The position numbers and the translations under genes are program-made. This document shows positions 11,699 to 21,801 of a stretch of DNA of 64,000 nucleotides, one piece after another (position 1 is the first letter of the stretch; each line of letters begins with the position of its first letter). The notes below the pieces were generated by a model that worked only from the letters and a program-made list of their open reading frames with translations, had not been told where the DNA came from and did not search any database. The DNA comes from Naegleria gruberi (taxonomy: Eukaryota), in assembly GCA_000004985.1 (NCBI GenBank), contig GG738904.1; one strand, written 5' to 3'.

Positions 11699-11770
11699 TC
11701 GTCTCGTGGTGTAATGGTAGCATAGTGGACTTTGAATCCATTGACGGAGGTTCGATTCCTCCCGAGACGG
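11699..11770 (+). tRNA. tRNA-Gln (anticodon TTG)
   Basis: Cloverleaf folded by hand: acceptor CGTCTCG/CGAGACG, D-arm GTGTAATGGTAGCAT, anticodon stem GTGGA/TCCAT with loop CTTTGAA, T-arm GGAGG-TTCGATT-CCTCC. Closely resembles canonical eukaryotic tRNA-Gln(UUG). One extra C lies between the T-stem and the 3' acceptor strand. A T-rich tract follows downstream. Confidence 0.65.
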
Positions 11771-12109
11771 TAAACGTGGCGAGCGTAAAAAATTTTGGTT
11801 TTTACAATGTGTAATAGCTCCAGATAAATTAAACAATAACACCAACCAGCTGACGCAGATTAATAACGCATATGGAAAGAGAATAAACCATTGGTTGGCT
11901 ATTATTGTAATGTTTGTTGTTCGGTTCAATGGTTATCTTCTGGAAACCAGTTCCATATTTGGCAAGTTGCAATATTCACACTTATCGAAAAAGTATGAAT
12001 ATCTCTAAAAAAACAGCCGGCTAGCAGCCTTGCAAGGTCATCTAATTGGTTTCCTTTCATTCCAACATTATCACAACAAAAACAAATAACACTGCATTCG
12101 TTAGAAACA

Positions 12110-13334
12110 GTGAAGAAACTTGCCCACCTTTCAAATTTCAAAACTTTTACTGCCACTACTGACGACTCTTCAAATAACAATGTCTCCTCTCCAGTGTTTA
12201 CTATTGATGATTTTGATGATACTCTGTTGAGTGCCATAGATCAGTCGATTTCCTTTCTCTTCATCTTGTTGTTCATTTCACTCATTCTTGTCATGATTAT
12301 TTTCATTGTGAGGAATCAAACTTGGAAGACACTGAGGAAGGCTCAAAGAATTGTTCTCATTCTCGTGAATACATTGTTGATTGTTCAAACATTGGCATTG
12401 TGTGCAAGAACTGCTTATACTTTTTGTAATATTTCCATTGTTGAACGATTTCACAATTATTTGAAAGTGAATAATGTGAATGAAACAGATCAACTCTATC
12501 AAGATGTTATGATCAATAGGAATAGTACATTGACAACAGAAACTGTTGGGATACCATATGCTGATTTAGTGGGAATGTTTTTCTCGAATGGAATTGAAAC
12601 CTTTTTAATACTGTTAGCTCTCTTGGTGATTAATGAAATTGTGCACTACATTTCTCATCTATTCTTCAATCTGATCAAATATTCACAAGGAATATTGAAA
12701 TCAAAGAGAACCAAAATTATCAGAAAGATATTCGATATTTCCTTTTTCATTAGTTCTGGAGTTTTCTTTGTCTTGCTTATTGCAATTTTAGTAATGCTCA
12801 TAATAGTCAAACTGAAAGTAATTGAAGATATATTGTTCATATTCGTGATTGCTTGTTTCGCATTCTTTGCAATTCAATTAATTGTTCAAACAATTGCAAT
12901 TTCAGTAAGTTTTCATTTAACATTCTCATAATTCTAAATGCTAATACTCATTACTCATTTTGAAATTCAAATAGATTGTATTTTCAAGAGTGATTATACT
13001 CCTCAACAAGACAAGAAAACAATTCAAAGATCAATCTCAATCCTATTCATGGAAACAACCCATTCTGAAAATTATCATTTTGCTTTCAGTTTTGATATTT
13101 TCAACATTTTTTCAAATTATTGCAGTTGGATTGGGTGCTGTTAGTTTTGTTTGGAATTATTCATCATTATTTTATGATTTTTTGAATTGTTTGGGAATTT
13201 TAATATTTTCAATTTTGGTCATGTGTTTATATCATCCTTCCTTTGATTTTTTCAATAGAAATCAATCCGAACAAGACACAACAAATACTAATACCGATAC
13301 TAACAATACTCAAACTAGTCAATCTAAGGTTTAA
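12110..13334 (+). CDS. Multi-pass membrane protein, copy B of the inverted duplicate pair (possibly 5'-truncated or a pseudogene). join(12110..12904, 12975..13334).
   Basis: Same protein as copy A, with an extra internal segment of about 86 aa and a variable Thr/Asn-rich C-terminal tract. A 70-nt GTAAGT..AATAG intron is present (12905..12974). There is no in-frame ATG upstream of the first TM helix; the ORF opens with GTG. Confidence 0.5.
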
Positions 13335-13355
13335 TCCGGTTTTTCTTTGTACAAT
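12165..13355. repeat. Inverted repeat arm 2 (partner arm at about 7215..8175)
   Basis: See arm 1. This arm carries an indel of about 260 bp relative to arm 1. Confidence 0.75.
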
Positions 13356-13577
13356 CTTCCTTATGGTAGAATATGTTCCAAAAATTACTATTAATACTAT
13401 TATTTAAATCATGATGAGATGATGTGGTGAAATTCTTGGAGTTAACAGATGTGAAACTACTCCAACAATCAACAGGGTCGGGTTGCCAATATTTTGGTGT
13501 AATTTTTTCATATGAACAATCCAAAATAGGAATTTATTATTATTTAAAATAATTTAAAAATTGCAATTTAAAAAAAA

Positions 13578-15614
13578 ATGCAACTAGAACTAACAGAAGA
13601 AGTTCGGACGCTCATTTCTGAAATCTTGGAAGATGCTTATTTGGAAGGTGATACATACCAATTGATTGGAGAAATCTATGAAACCTATTTACAATTTAGT
13701 GAAGAGATGAATAATAATGAAACGGAAACACTGGACAGATTTATAACCACAGAAAAAGGAACGGATGATCTGACCAGTTTATTCAAATTACTTTATACAT
13801 ATGATTCGGAATTGGATGAATCGTTCGGATTTCAACATGGTGAAATTCCTCTCATGTTGATGAAACCCTTCATGATGATGGAAAATACTTCTCCGAATAA
13901 TTGTAATTTAATATTTCGGCCATTCCCTAAATTTAAAAAAGAAATTCCATCATGGATATTTAAATATTCCTTTTATACATTTGAAACGGTGGAGGAATTA
14001 CCTTTGAATGATTTTCTGGAAACTTTCTTTGTGTTTTTAAGTCATTTTGAAAGACGATTTTGGGGAGATGAAACTTTGTGTCCTAAATGGGGAGAAGCTG
14101 AACAAATCCTGTTCGATAAATGCATGACTATCTTTGGTAGAATTCAATTGAACACTCGTCCAAAAAAGCATGTAGAGAAATTTGAATTGCTCAAATTAAT
14201 CTTTGAACACCTTGAAAATACAGAAACTCAAAAGAGTCATGTCATTACGTATTTTAGTGATTCTTTAACCAAGCTTTTTGCATTGGAATTTGAAAAATTA
14301 AAGTACATGGAAAGAAATGAAGAAAGAGCCAAAAGACTTGAGAAAACATTGAGTCTAATGGAGGGATTGAATTCAAGAGAGAGAACATTTCTTGGAGAAT
14401 TATTTAGTATCGTTGGAGATTCATTGGAAGATTTGGAAATTAGACATTCTGCTTTACGCTTAACTCAAAATTGTAGTTTTAGTGTTGATTTTCTGTCTAT
14501 GTGTGCCAAGTGTTGCGATTCTAAATTTCCAAAATCAATTATCCAAACAGCATTTCAAATATGTGTAATAATGAAGGGCTTCATTGACCCTGATAGAATG
14601 AGCATGCAAGATAGCAACGAGTTGAGTCGCTTATTGGTAAATGCTGCTATTAATTTTAATGTGGAAAATGTTGCAAACGCCCTCACTCTTTTTACCTTCA
14701 TTATATTACGTCAAGATTTTCTTTTTCCACAGGGTGAGGATGAATTAGTACACATAATTTATTTACTTAGAGCAGGTAAATACATTTCTGAAATTAGAAA
14801 TCCTCAATTTGGCTGTTTGGCTCATGTTATACGATTCATTTATAGTAACTGTACTAGTGGGACTATTTCTATAGTTTTACCCAGATATTTTGAAGAAATC
14901 AAGAAAAACACTAATGCACCAACAGCTGATTTAGTAGAACAATTAGCTGAAGCATACCTAACAATGAAAAAATTAATAAGCCTACCATTATGTAGCCCTA
15001 AGAACAGAGAAACTTTGAACACTCTTTCTAATGATATTATTTTGTACGTTTATGAGTATTTCAAAAATAGACCATATGTTTCTGACAATTTGACGCGAGT
15101 AATTATTTCAAACAGATTGTATCATGATCTTCCAAAACTAGAATCTTCCAAATCAAATCTGGAAGTTTTGTTTACAGCATGTGCAAATCCTACATCCTTT
15201 AGGTATTTGGATTTTATGAATTTATTAGCCGAAATGTTGATAGTTGGACTGCCAGTGCTTGTGGACCAATTAAAAAGACCAACAACAGTTATTTTGAGCG
15301 ATCCCGAATTTAGTTTGATTCAAGTTGGTCTCGTCAATCTTGTTGCTAGAGAATTTGCTCATACTTTATTCTACCGACACGTGGAACAATACGGCAGCGA
15401 TATTGAATTTTCTAATGACACATTATGTGGAGAGTACTCTCACGATCTAGCTCTATATGGATTTTTATTGTTTATGGATGATTTATTGGAAAAGGGGTGT
15501 AGTGTAATAACTCTTGTTACTATAGATATTGATGAAAATCTAAAATATAATTCCTTAATTAATTCAATTTACAAACGAGTCCTCCACAAGATTAGTGCCC
15601 ATAAATTGGGTTAG
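13578..15614 (+). CDS. Hypothetical 678-aa protein, intronless
   Basis: Uninterrupted ORF of more than 2 kb in AT-rich DNA, with a proper ATG and predicted largely helical. No domain recognised by eye. Confidence 0.6.
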   Translation: MQLELTEEVRTLISEILEDAYLEGDTYQLIGEIYETYLQFSEEMNNNETETLDRFITTEKGTDDLTSLFKLLYTYDSELDESFGFQHGEIPLMLMKPFMMMENTSPNNCNLIFRPFPKFKKEIPSWIFKYSFYTFETVEELPLNDFLETFFVFLSHFERRFWGDETLCPKWGEAEQILFDKCMTIFGRIQLNTRPKKHVEKFELLKLIFEHLENTETQKSHVITYFSDSLTKLFALEFEKLKYMERNEERAKRLEKTLSLMEGLNSRERTFLGELFSIVGDSLEDLEIRHSALRLTQNCSFSVDFLSMCAKCCDSKFPKSIIQTAFQICVIMKGFIDPDRMSMQDSNELSRLLVNAAINFNVENVANALTLFTFIILRQDFLFPQGEDELVHIIYLLRAGKYISEIRNPQFGCLAHVIRFIYSNCTSGTISIVLPRYFEEIKKNTNAPTADLVEQLAEAYLTMKKLISLPLCSPKNRETLNTLSNDIILYVYEYFKNRPYVSDNLTRVIISNRLYHDLPKLESSKSNLEVLFTACANPTSFRYLDFMNLLAEMLIVGLPVLVDQLKRPTTVILSDPEFSLIQVGLVNLVAREFAHTLFYRHVEQYGSDIEFSNDTLCGEYSHDLALYGFLLFMDDLLEKGCSVITLVTIDIDENLKYNSLINSIYKRVLHKISAHKLG

Positions 15615-15694
15615 ATATTTTGATAAACGTACTTTACAAATAATAATAACAAAGTATTGCAAAGTAATTGCTCCAAGTTCAACATTTTATTGAA

Positions 15695-16055
15695 TTAAAA
15701 ATTATAGATTGGCTTAAGCTTGAAAGGCTTTTTGACAGCTGGAGCAGAACCAACACTCTTGGTGGAAACAGTGCTCTTCTTGACAACAACTGGAGCCTTC
15801 TTTGGCTTACCGGCTTTCTTTGGCTTAACAGTCTTGGTAGTCTTGGTTGGTTTGGTAGTTCTAACAGCTTTAGTGGAAGCTCTTCTAGCAACTGGAGCCT
15901 TTCTAAGGTTCTTCTTAGCAGCCTGAATATTATTAAGGATTAATAGATTATTAATAAGCATATTTAAAATTGAAAATACTCACAGCAGCCATACCGAAAG
16001 TGGCAAAGCACAAGACAGCGATCAAGAGACAGGCAATGATAATCTTTGCGTTCAT
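15695..16055 (-). CDS. Small secreted Lys/Thr/Pro-rich basic protein. Two exons, join(15695..15922, 15984..16055).
   Basis: Exon 1 encodes a signal peptide, MNAKIIIACLLIAVLCFATFGMAA. A 61-nt GTGAGT..TTCAG intron (15923..15983) joins in frame to AAKKNLRKAPVARRASTKAVRTTKPTKTTKTVKPKKAGKPKK... Confidence 0.6.
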
Positions 16056-17011
16056 TTTGTTTTGTTTTTTTTGTGAATAATGTTTTCAAAGAGATGGAGA
16101 GGATGCTCTGTATTTATACAGCTTATCTAAGTCGAAGAATATCACCCACTGAATCTTCAATTGATGGTGTAAACATGCCTTACTGCTTTCAATTACGCGC
16201 ATAGTTCATGATGATTGGATGGTGAAACTGTGATCACAGCAGTAAAAAGATGTTACGATCAATGGATGAACTTGTTATCCCTCTCCCTCAATATTCCAAT
16301 CAGTAATTCCACGCAGCAAAGGAGAGATATCGACCCCATAGTCACACTGTAATAGCTCCGATTATCAAGGAATTAGAAACATTTCGGGTTTTTTGTGTGG
16401 GGAATAAACGGGAGTGCCCAAATCAACAAAATGTATAGAAAGTTCTTCTTGTGTGTCCCTTTCTCTTATTGAACGGGATGAGCTTCATATTTTATAAGTA
16501 GTAAGGAGCCTTGAAACTCTAATGATTTTGAAGTTATTTAATTCTTACTTTGGTGGAAGATTATGAAATGGCTTGATACTGCATCTAATGGGATTAGATG
16601 AGGTAGAGAATAATATTTGTACTTTGAATTGTTGATCATTGAATTCGGCTGATCATACAATGGCTTTCTTTCTGCTATTGATAGAAGCTATGGTGTATGT
16701 TCCACTCCAGATTGGAGCTTTCCTTCGTTCTTATTGCTGGCTTTGAGTAAAACTCTAAAAAGTAGAACTAATTTCACAACTTGGACCCTTCTTGATTTTC
16801 CCGTAATCAAAAGACGATTTTCTCACGTTTTGAACAAGTCGTCATTGGAAATGGATTTGAATTAAGATACAATATGAAAACATTTTGTGCTTGAAAAGAA
16901 ACAAGACTAAAATGATACTAGTATAAATATGTTGATCTTCCTTTTTCATAAAAATTCCAAAATCAAGAAGTAATCTTACTAAAAACTTTGCATAAAATTA
17001 AACATAAAAAA

Positions 17012-17632
17012 ATGGGTTTCGAATTTAGAAGATTTAAACAAATCAATGCTCAAGAATATCAACTTGCAGTTTCCGAAAACAAAGATCAAATGGAGACAAA
17101 GGATGATAGTTATTTCATCATTGTGGATAAAGAAGGAAAGATTGTTATTCCAGACACCATTGGAATCAAATTGGCAGACATGACAGATTTGGAAATTAAG
17201 GTTCAAAAAAAAAAGAAAGCAGGCATTGAAAAGTGGAAGAAAATTCATATTGCAGAAAAAGTCGATGCTTCAGATCAGGAAAGTTTATTGAAAACCATTG
17301 AGAATCAATTGAAAATCAATGATATATTAGATATTTCGTTAAGTTCAGACACTCATAAAGCAATTATTGCTCTCACTCATAAAATTAGGAAACAGACACA
17401 ACTACAAGCTCAAAAGTATGAACTTGGTTTCTTTTCATTGAAATTTGAGAATATGAATGAAGCTTATTATAAAACTGTCAATATTGAAGGAGAAAAAGAG
17501 ATTGACAACATTGATAAGCAACTTATTGAAAAGGATCTACCACTCTCATCTCAGGATATTCAGGTGTTAACATGTGGCTATCCAGAATTGCTTACAAAGA
17601 AGTATTTAGAAATGGCACAACAATCTAAATAG
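17012..17632 (+). CDS. Hypothetical charged, probably coiled-coil protein
   Basis: ORF 16988..17632 with a Met at 17012 (MGFEFRRFKQ). Lys/Glu-rich; no domain recognised. Confidence 0.4.
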   Translation: MGFEFRRFKQINAQEYQLAVSENKDQMETKDDSYFIIVDKEGKIVIPDTIGIKLADMTDLEIKVQKKKKAGIEKWKKIHIAEKVDASDQESLLKTIENQLKINDILDISLSSDTHKAIIALTHKIRKQTQLQAQKYELGFFSLKFENMNEAYYKTVNIEGEKEIDNIDKQLIEKDLPLSSQDIQVLTCGYPELLTKKYLEMAQQSK

Positions 17633-17732
17633 AAATAAAATAGTTTTTCATTGCTCCCAACCCAAGGGAATGCACTCTGAAAATCTCTGCAATTGTAAAG
17701 TTTACCCTCTAAATTTGATCATTCAACCATAA

Positions 17733-19782
17733 TCAAGTCATTATGACTAGATTAACGAATTGAAGTTCGCAGTCAGGTATATTGAATATTAAATCACCTT
17801 CTGTCCGATTTGTTGAATCATTTTCCAACCAGAACCCTAAATTATTCATATCCTCTTCCTGTAATTGAATATAAAACTTTGCATTCGTTCCAAAAATTTG
17901 AAGATTGTGTGAGGACCTAATTTTGAATATTTGCTTATTGTTCTCCTTGCACTGTTCCAATGTAAAGGTAATGTCCTGATCGTTAAAATTGAGCTCCTTC
18001 TTATTTTTTTCTTCTGAAAGAGTGGTATGAAGAATTCTATTACCTTTCCAAAAAAGATTAATAAATAAATGTTAATATAAACTTACTAAAAACGGTTGAG
18101 TTTGGAAACTTTTTAAATTTTTTGATAAATGCCTTCAAAATCTTTTGCTTTGCAAGTGAAGTAATTTCGGATTGGTTCAATAACAATTCAAGGCTATTCT
18201 CTGAAAGATCAGTAATTGTGAGCGATGGCCCCACAGCAAAACAACTTGCAATAGCAATGTGAATCTGTTCAATACGGTCTAATTTGAAAAGAATGCAGAA
18301 TCTCAATAAAATTGATGCTTCTTTCACAATTTTTAAAATGCATTCGTCATCACCTAAATATCGTGCCAGTTCAATTAATTTAAATTTCATATCAAAATCC
18401 GTTATTGATACCGTATCGCTTGTTAGATAATTTACATAGGTGTCAAACACTTGAATGTGATTTGTTGGTTCTTGAAAAATATCATTTTCAATAGGTCTCA
18501 AATCAAGAATAATTTGATTTTCATCTTTTTCATTGAAATCCTTCCAATTTGAGCTCAACATGGTTGATAAATATTTTGATTTTTTCAAATACATTTTTGA
18601 AAGTCTAAAATCTCGTTCTTCAAATCTAATAATCACTAGTTCCATATCATTTTCATCTATAATTTGTAAATCCTCATTGTGTAAATCCTCAATTACAAAC
18701 TGATCATTAGGATTTTCAATAAATTTAAAATTATTAGTATTCACACTCTTTAAACGCCAGAATAGTGCCTTTTTCAGATCTTTTTCAACTCCATATCCGT
18801 TAGAATATGCATTTGCAACATTATTTTGAGATTGTTTTACATCCTTTTCAGCACCTTTCATGTACCACTCGAAAGCCTTTTCTAAATTTTTCTCAACTCC
18901 CCTTCCATTACGATATAAAAAGCCAATATTAGTATATGAATCTGTATTGCCATTTTCAGAAGCTGTTAGATACCATGTCATAGCTTTTGCATAATCTTTC
19001 TCAATTCCTTCTCCATTCTCGTAGGACCATCCAACATTGAATTGTGCATCTGCATGACCATTTTTGGCAGCTCTCAAATACCATTCTACTGCTTTGGATA
19101 GATCTTTTTCTACTCCTTCTGCATAATCATACGCACATGCAACATTGAATTGTGCTTTTGCATAACCATTTTTAGCGGATTTCAAATACCACTCAAATGA
19201 TTTAGGTTTATCTTGTTCAACTCCAACTCCCTTATCGTATGATGCTCCAATGTTGAACTGTGCAATTTCATTACCATTTTCTGCAGCTTTTAAATACCAT
19301 TCCATGGATTTCGAAAGATCCTTAGCAACCCCTTCACCTGAACGATAGAGAACTCCAATATTATTTTGTGATTTTGCAAGATTCCTATCGGCAGCTTTCA
19401 GATACCATTCCATTGCTTTCTTATAATCTTGTTCTACTCCTAAACCATGATGATAGAAATAACCAACTTTATGTATTGATTCTAAACATCCTTGCTCTGC
19501 ACCTTTAGAAAACCATTCAAAGGCCTTCTCACTATCTTTTTCAACTCCACTTCCATCCATATATTTGCACCCTAGAGTGTAATACGATTCGGTGCTTTGA
19601 TTTACGGCTTGTTTTTTACTACTTGGTTCGTTTTTAATAATTTGTTGTTGCGGATCATTACTTTCCGAAGATGAAGGAGTGTCTGTGTTATTAATAATCA
19701 TTTGATCATTCTCATTAATTTCATCATGTTCTGGTGCCTCTCTACATCTTTTCATTTTTTTTTGTTTTTTTTGTTTTTTCAA
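17733..19782 (-). CDS. Sel1-repeat protein with a C-terminal BTB/POZ-like domain. Probably two exons, join(17733..18014, 18087..19782).
   Basis: At least eight Sel1-like repeats (A.EWYLKAAEQG...AQ.N.G..Y..G.GVEKD) are followed by a BTB-like segment (DMELVIIRFEERDFRLSKMYLKKSKYLSTMLSS). A GTAAGT donor sits at the end of the long ORF, and a 72-nt intron to CTTTCAG continues in frame into ORF 17733..17960. Confidence 0.7.
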
Positions 19783-20159
19783 AACTTTACAATGAGTTCA
19801 GAGTTAGCATGTTGTAGAATTCACTTCGTTTTATTGTCAATATTTTGTTTATCAAATTGGGAACAACGAAAGGTTTTGAAAGTTACACAATTAATGTAGA
19901 ATAATCGAAATTGTGAATATAGAAGTTTCCATATTTTTCATTTTACCAAGTGAGTGTTGCATCTTATTGGGACTCATATTTGTCATGATTTATCCACACC
20001 ACGACCATGAGCTTAAATTTTCAATGTTTATGTAAAGTTTCAAATCGATTTTATCTGAAAGTCAATATAACACTATATTGATGACTAATAGTGTCTATTA
20101 CTGCCTTTTGATAGATTATTATCTATAAGTACATTTTGTGATACGCATATTAATGTGTA

Positions 20160-20232
20160 GGGGTCTTGGCGCAGTCGGTAGCGCGTAGGTCTCATAATCC
20201 TAAGGTCGTGAGTTCGATCCTCACAGACCCCA
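20160..20232 (+). tRNA. tRNA-Met (anticodon CAT), elongator type
   Basis: GGGGTCT-TG-GCGC-AGTCGGTA-GCGC-G-TAGGT-CTCATAA-TCCTA-AGGTC-GTGAG-TTCGATC-CTCAC-AGACCCC-A. Near-identical in the D/anticodon/T arms to vertebrate elongator tRNA-Met, including the 31:39 T-T mismatch. A T5 run follows at 20235..20239. Confidence 0.88.
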
Positions 20233-20454
20233 ACTTTTTGTTGCTAAAACTTGATGGTGAAAGTCTCAGCTATTTTGGAAGGGATATTTTTATTAAACAT
20301 TTTTAAAATTAAATTAATTAAAAATTACGACATGCTAATCCCAACTCGACAGTCCCATGCCATCTTCTCTTCTCAGTACCAATTAAACTATTAATAATAC
20401 ATTACTAGATTATAAAAATATTATCATCAACACCTTATAACATTTCCTTTTACA

Positions 20455-21675
20455 ATGATCACCTTGTATTTAGATGCGGACTTTCAATCATCAAGTCTAA
20501 AGAGCAAACTTTCTCTCCAATACACTGGTAACAACAAGAAACAATTATTAGGACCAGTCAAGAGCGAAATTCATAAATCTGCCACCAGAGGAAAGATGAT
20601 AACAACATCATCAACACCCTATTTTGCTTTTTCTAATCACTTCCATTCTCCGTATGATATTGTCATTGCTCCAAGGTTGAATTGTATAGTTGTCTCTGAT
20701 TTTGGCAATGAACGTCTCATGTTCTTCTACTTGATGTCCAAGAATTATAGAAAAAGTGTTCCCGTTGCTTTTATGCCAACTGGTTTGTGTGTGGAGGAGA
20801 GAGGCTGTACATCATCTCGTTTATGGAATGTCTCTTCAACAACAACAACAAATACTAGTACTAGCCCTAGAGCTCTAGATAGTAATGATGAGCAATCATC
20901 CGATGATGATGATGATGATGATAATGAATTTAATGATGAAGAAAAGAACAGAGAGGATGCTCTTATATTGGCTGGAGGATATTGTCACTTGATGAAGGTG
21001 AATTTAAAGGTATTGTGGAAGACCAATAATATCAAGTTGGGAGCTCTTGATAGGGATTATACGTGGTGTGTAGGAATTTTGGATGAAAGTGGGAGGACAG
21101 AATTTAAGGAACCATCATCAATTTCCATTTCGTTCGGAAAGACATTTAGGGATAATGTGGTGTTTGTGGCTGATAATTACAATCATGCTATCAAGATTGT
21201 TTCAACTGTGGATGGAAGTATCTTACAATCAATTACTCGATATGTGAGTTATTCATTGGGTAAAGAAATTCATGTGAAGAATCCGAACATTGTCAATGTG
21301 GAATGTTTCACAAAGTTTGGAGAGGTAATTATAGCAAGTCCAGACAAGAATAACATTCATATTATTAGAGAAATTAGTCCAAATGAATGGATTCTTGTCA
21401 AGGAGATTGGAAATAATTCACTCTATTCCCCTTTTGGAATTTGTATAGATCAAGTTAGTCCCTTCAATTACAAATTGATCGTTTCAGATTCATATCATTC
21501 ATCTCTGAAAATACTAGATCGATTTACTGGTCAGGAAGAACAAACATTTGGCAGTAAGGGAAAATCTCTTGGTCAATTCCATCACCCATACGGATTGTGC
21601 TATAATAGAAGACAACAGGAAATATTACTCGTTGATAGAAATAATTCTCGTATTCAGGTTATCAATTATTCTTAA
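20455..21675 (+). CDS. NHL-repeat (six-bladed beta-propeller) protein
   Basis: 406-aa ORF with repeated NHL-type motifs (YDIVIAPRLNCIVVSDFGNERLMFF; NHAIKIV; YKLIVSDSYHSSLKILD; QEILLVDRNNSRIQVI) and an acidic linker. The N-terminus may be incomplete. Confidence 0.65.
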   Translation: MITLYLDADFQSSSLKSKLSLQYTGNNKKQLLGPVKSEIHKSATRGKMITTSSTPYFAFSNHFHSPYDIVIAPRLNCIVVSDFGNERLMFFYLMSKNYRKSVPVAFMPTGLCVEERGCTSSRLWNVSSTTTTNTSTSPRALDSNDEQSSDDDDDDDNEFNDEEKNREDALILAGGYCHLMKVNLKVLWKTNNIKLGALDRDYTWCVGILDESGRTEFKEPSSISISFGKTFRDNVVFVADNYNHAIKIVSTVDGSILQSITRYVSYSLGKEIHVKNPNIVNVECFTKFGEVIIASPDKNNIHIIREISPNEWILVKEIGNNSLYSPFGICIDQVSPFNYKLIVSDSYHSSLKILDRFTGQEEQTFGSKGKSLGQFHHPYGLCYNRRQQEILLVDRNNSRIQVINYS

Positions 21676-21801
21676 TATCAAATGTATTGGTTCCCTTATT
21701 ACCCTGTTAAAAAAGCAAAAACAATCAAGCAATTAATGGAAAGCAAACTTTTAAGAAGAAAAAAATTTCCAACAAAAACGTGAAATTCCAACAATAAAAA
21801 A

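Noticed and set aside
11690-12237. ORFs 11690..11929 (-) and 11926..12237 (-)
   Set aside because: The first overlaps the tRNA-Gln gene and the second is antisense to the 5' part of membrane-protein copy B. No start context or domain is visible, and both are short.
15668-15943. Overlapping ORFs 15668..15943 (+), 15720..15926 (+) and 15679..15891 (-)
   Set aside because: They are alternative frames or the antisense of the Lys-rich secreted-protein exon. Only the minus-strand frame that is continuous with the signal-peptide exon through a GT..AG intron is supported.
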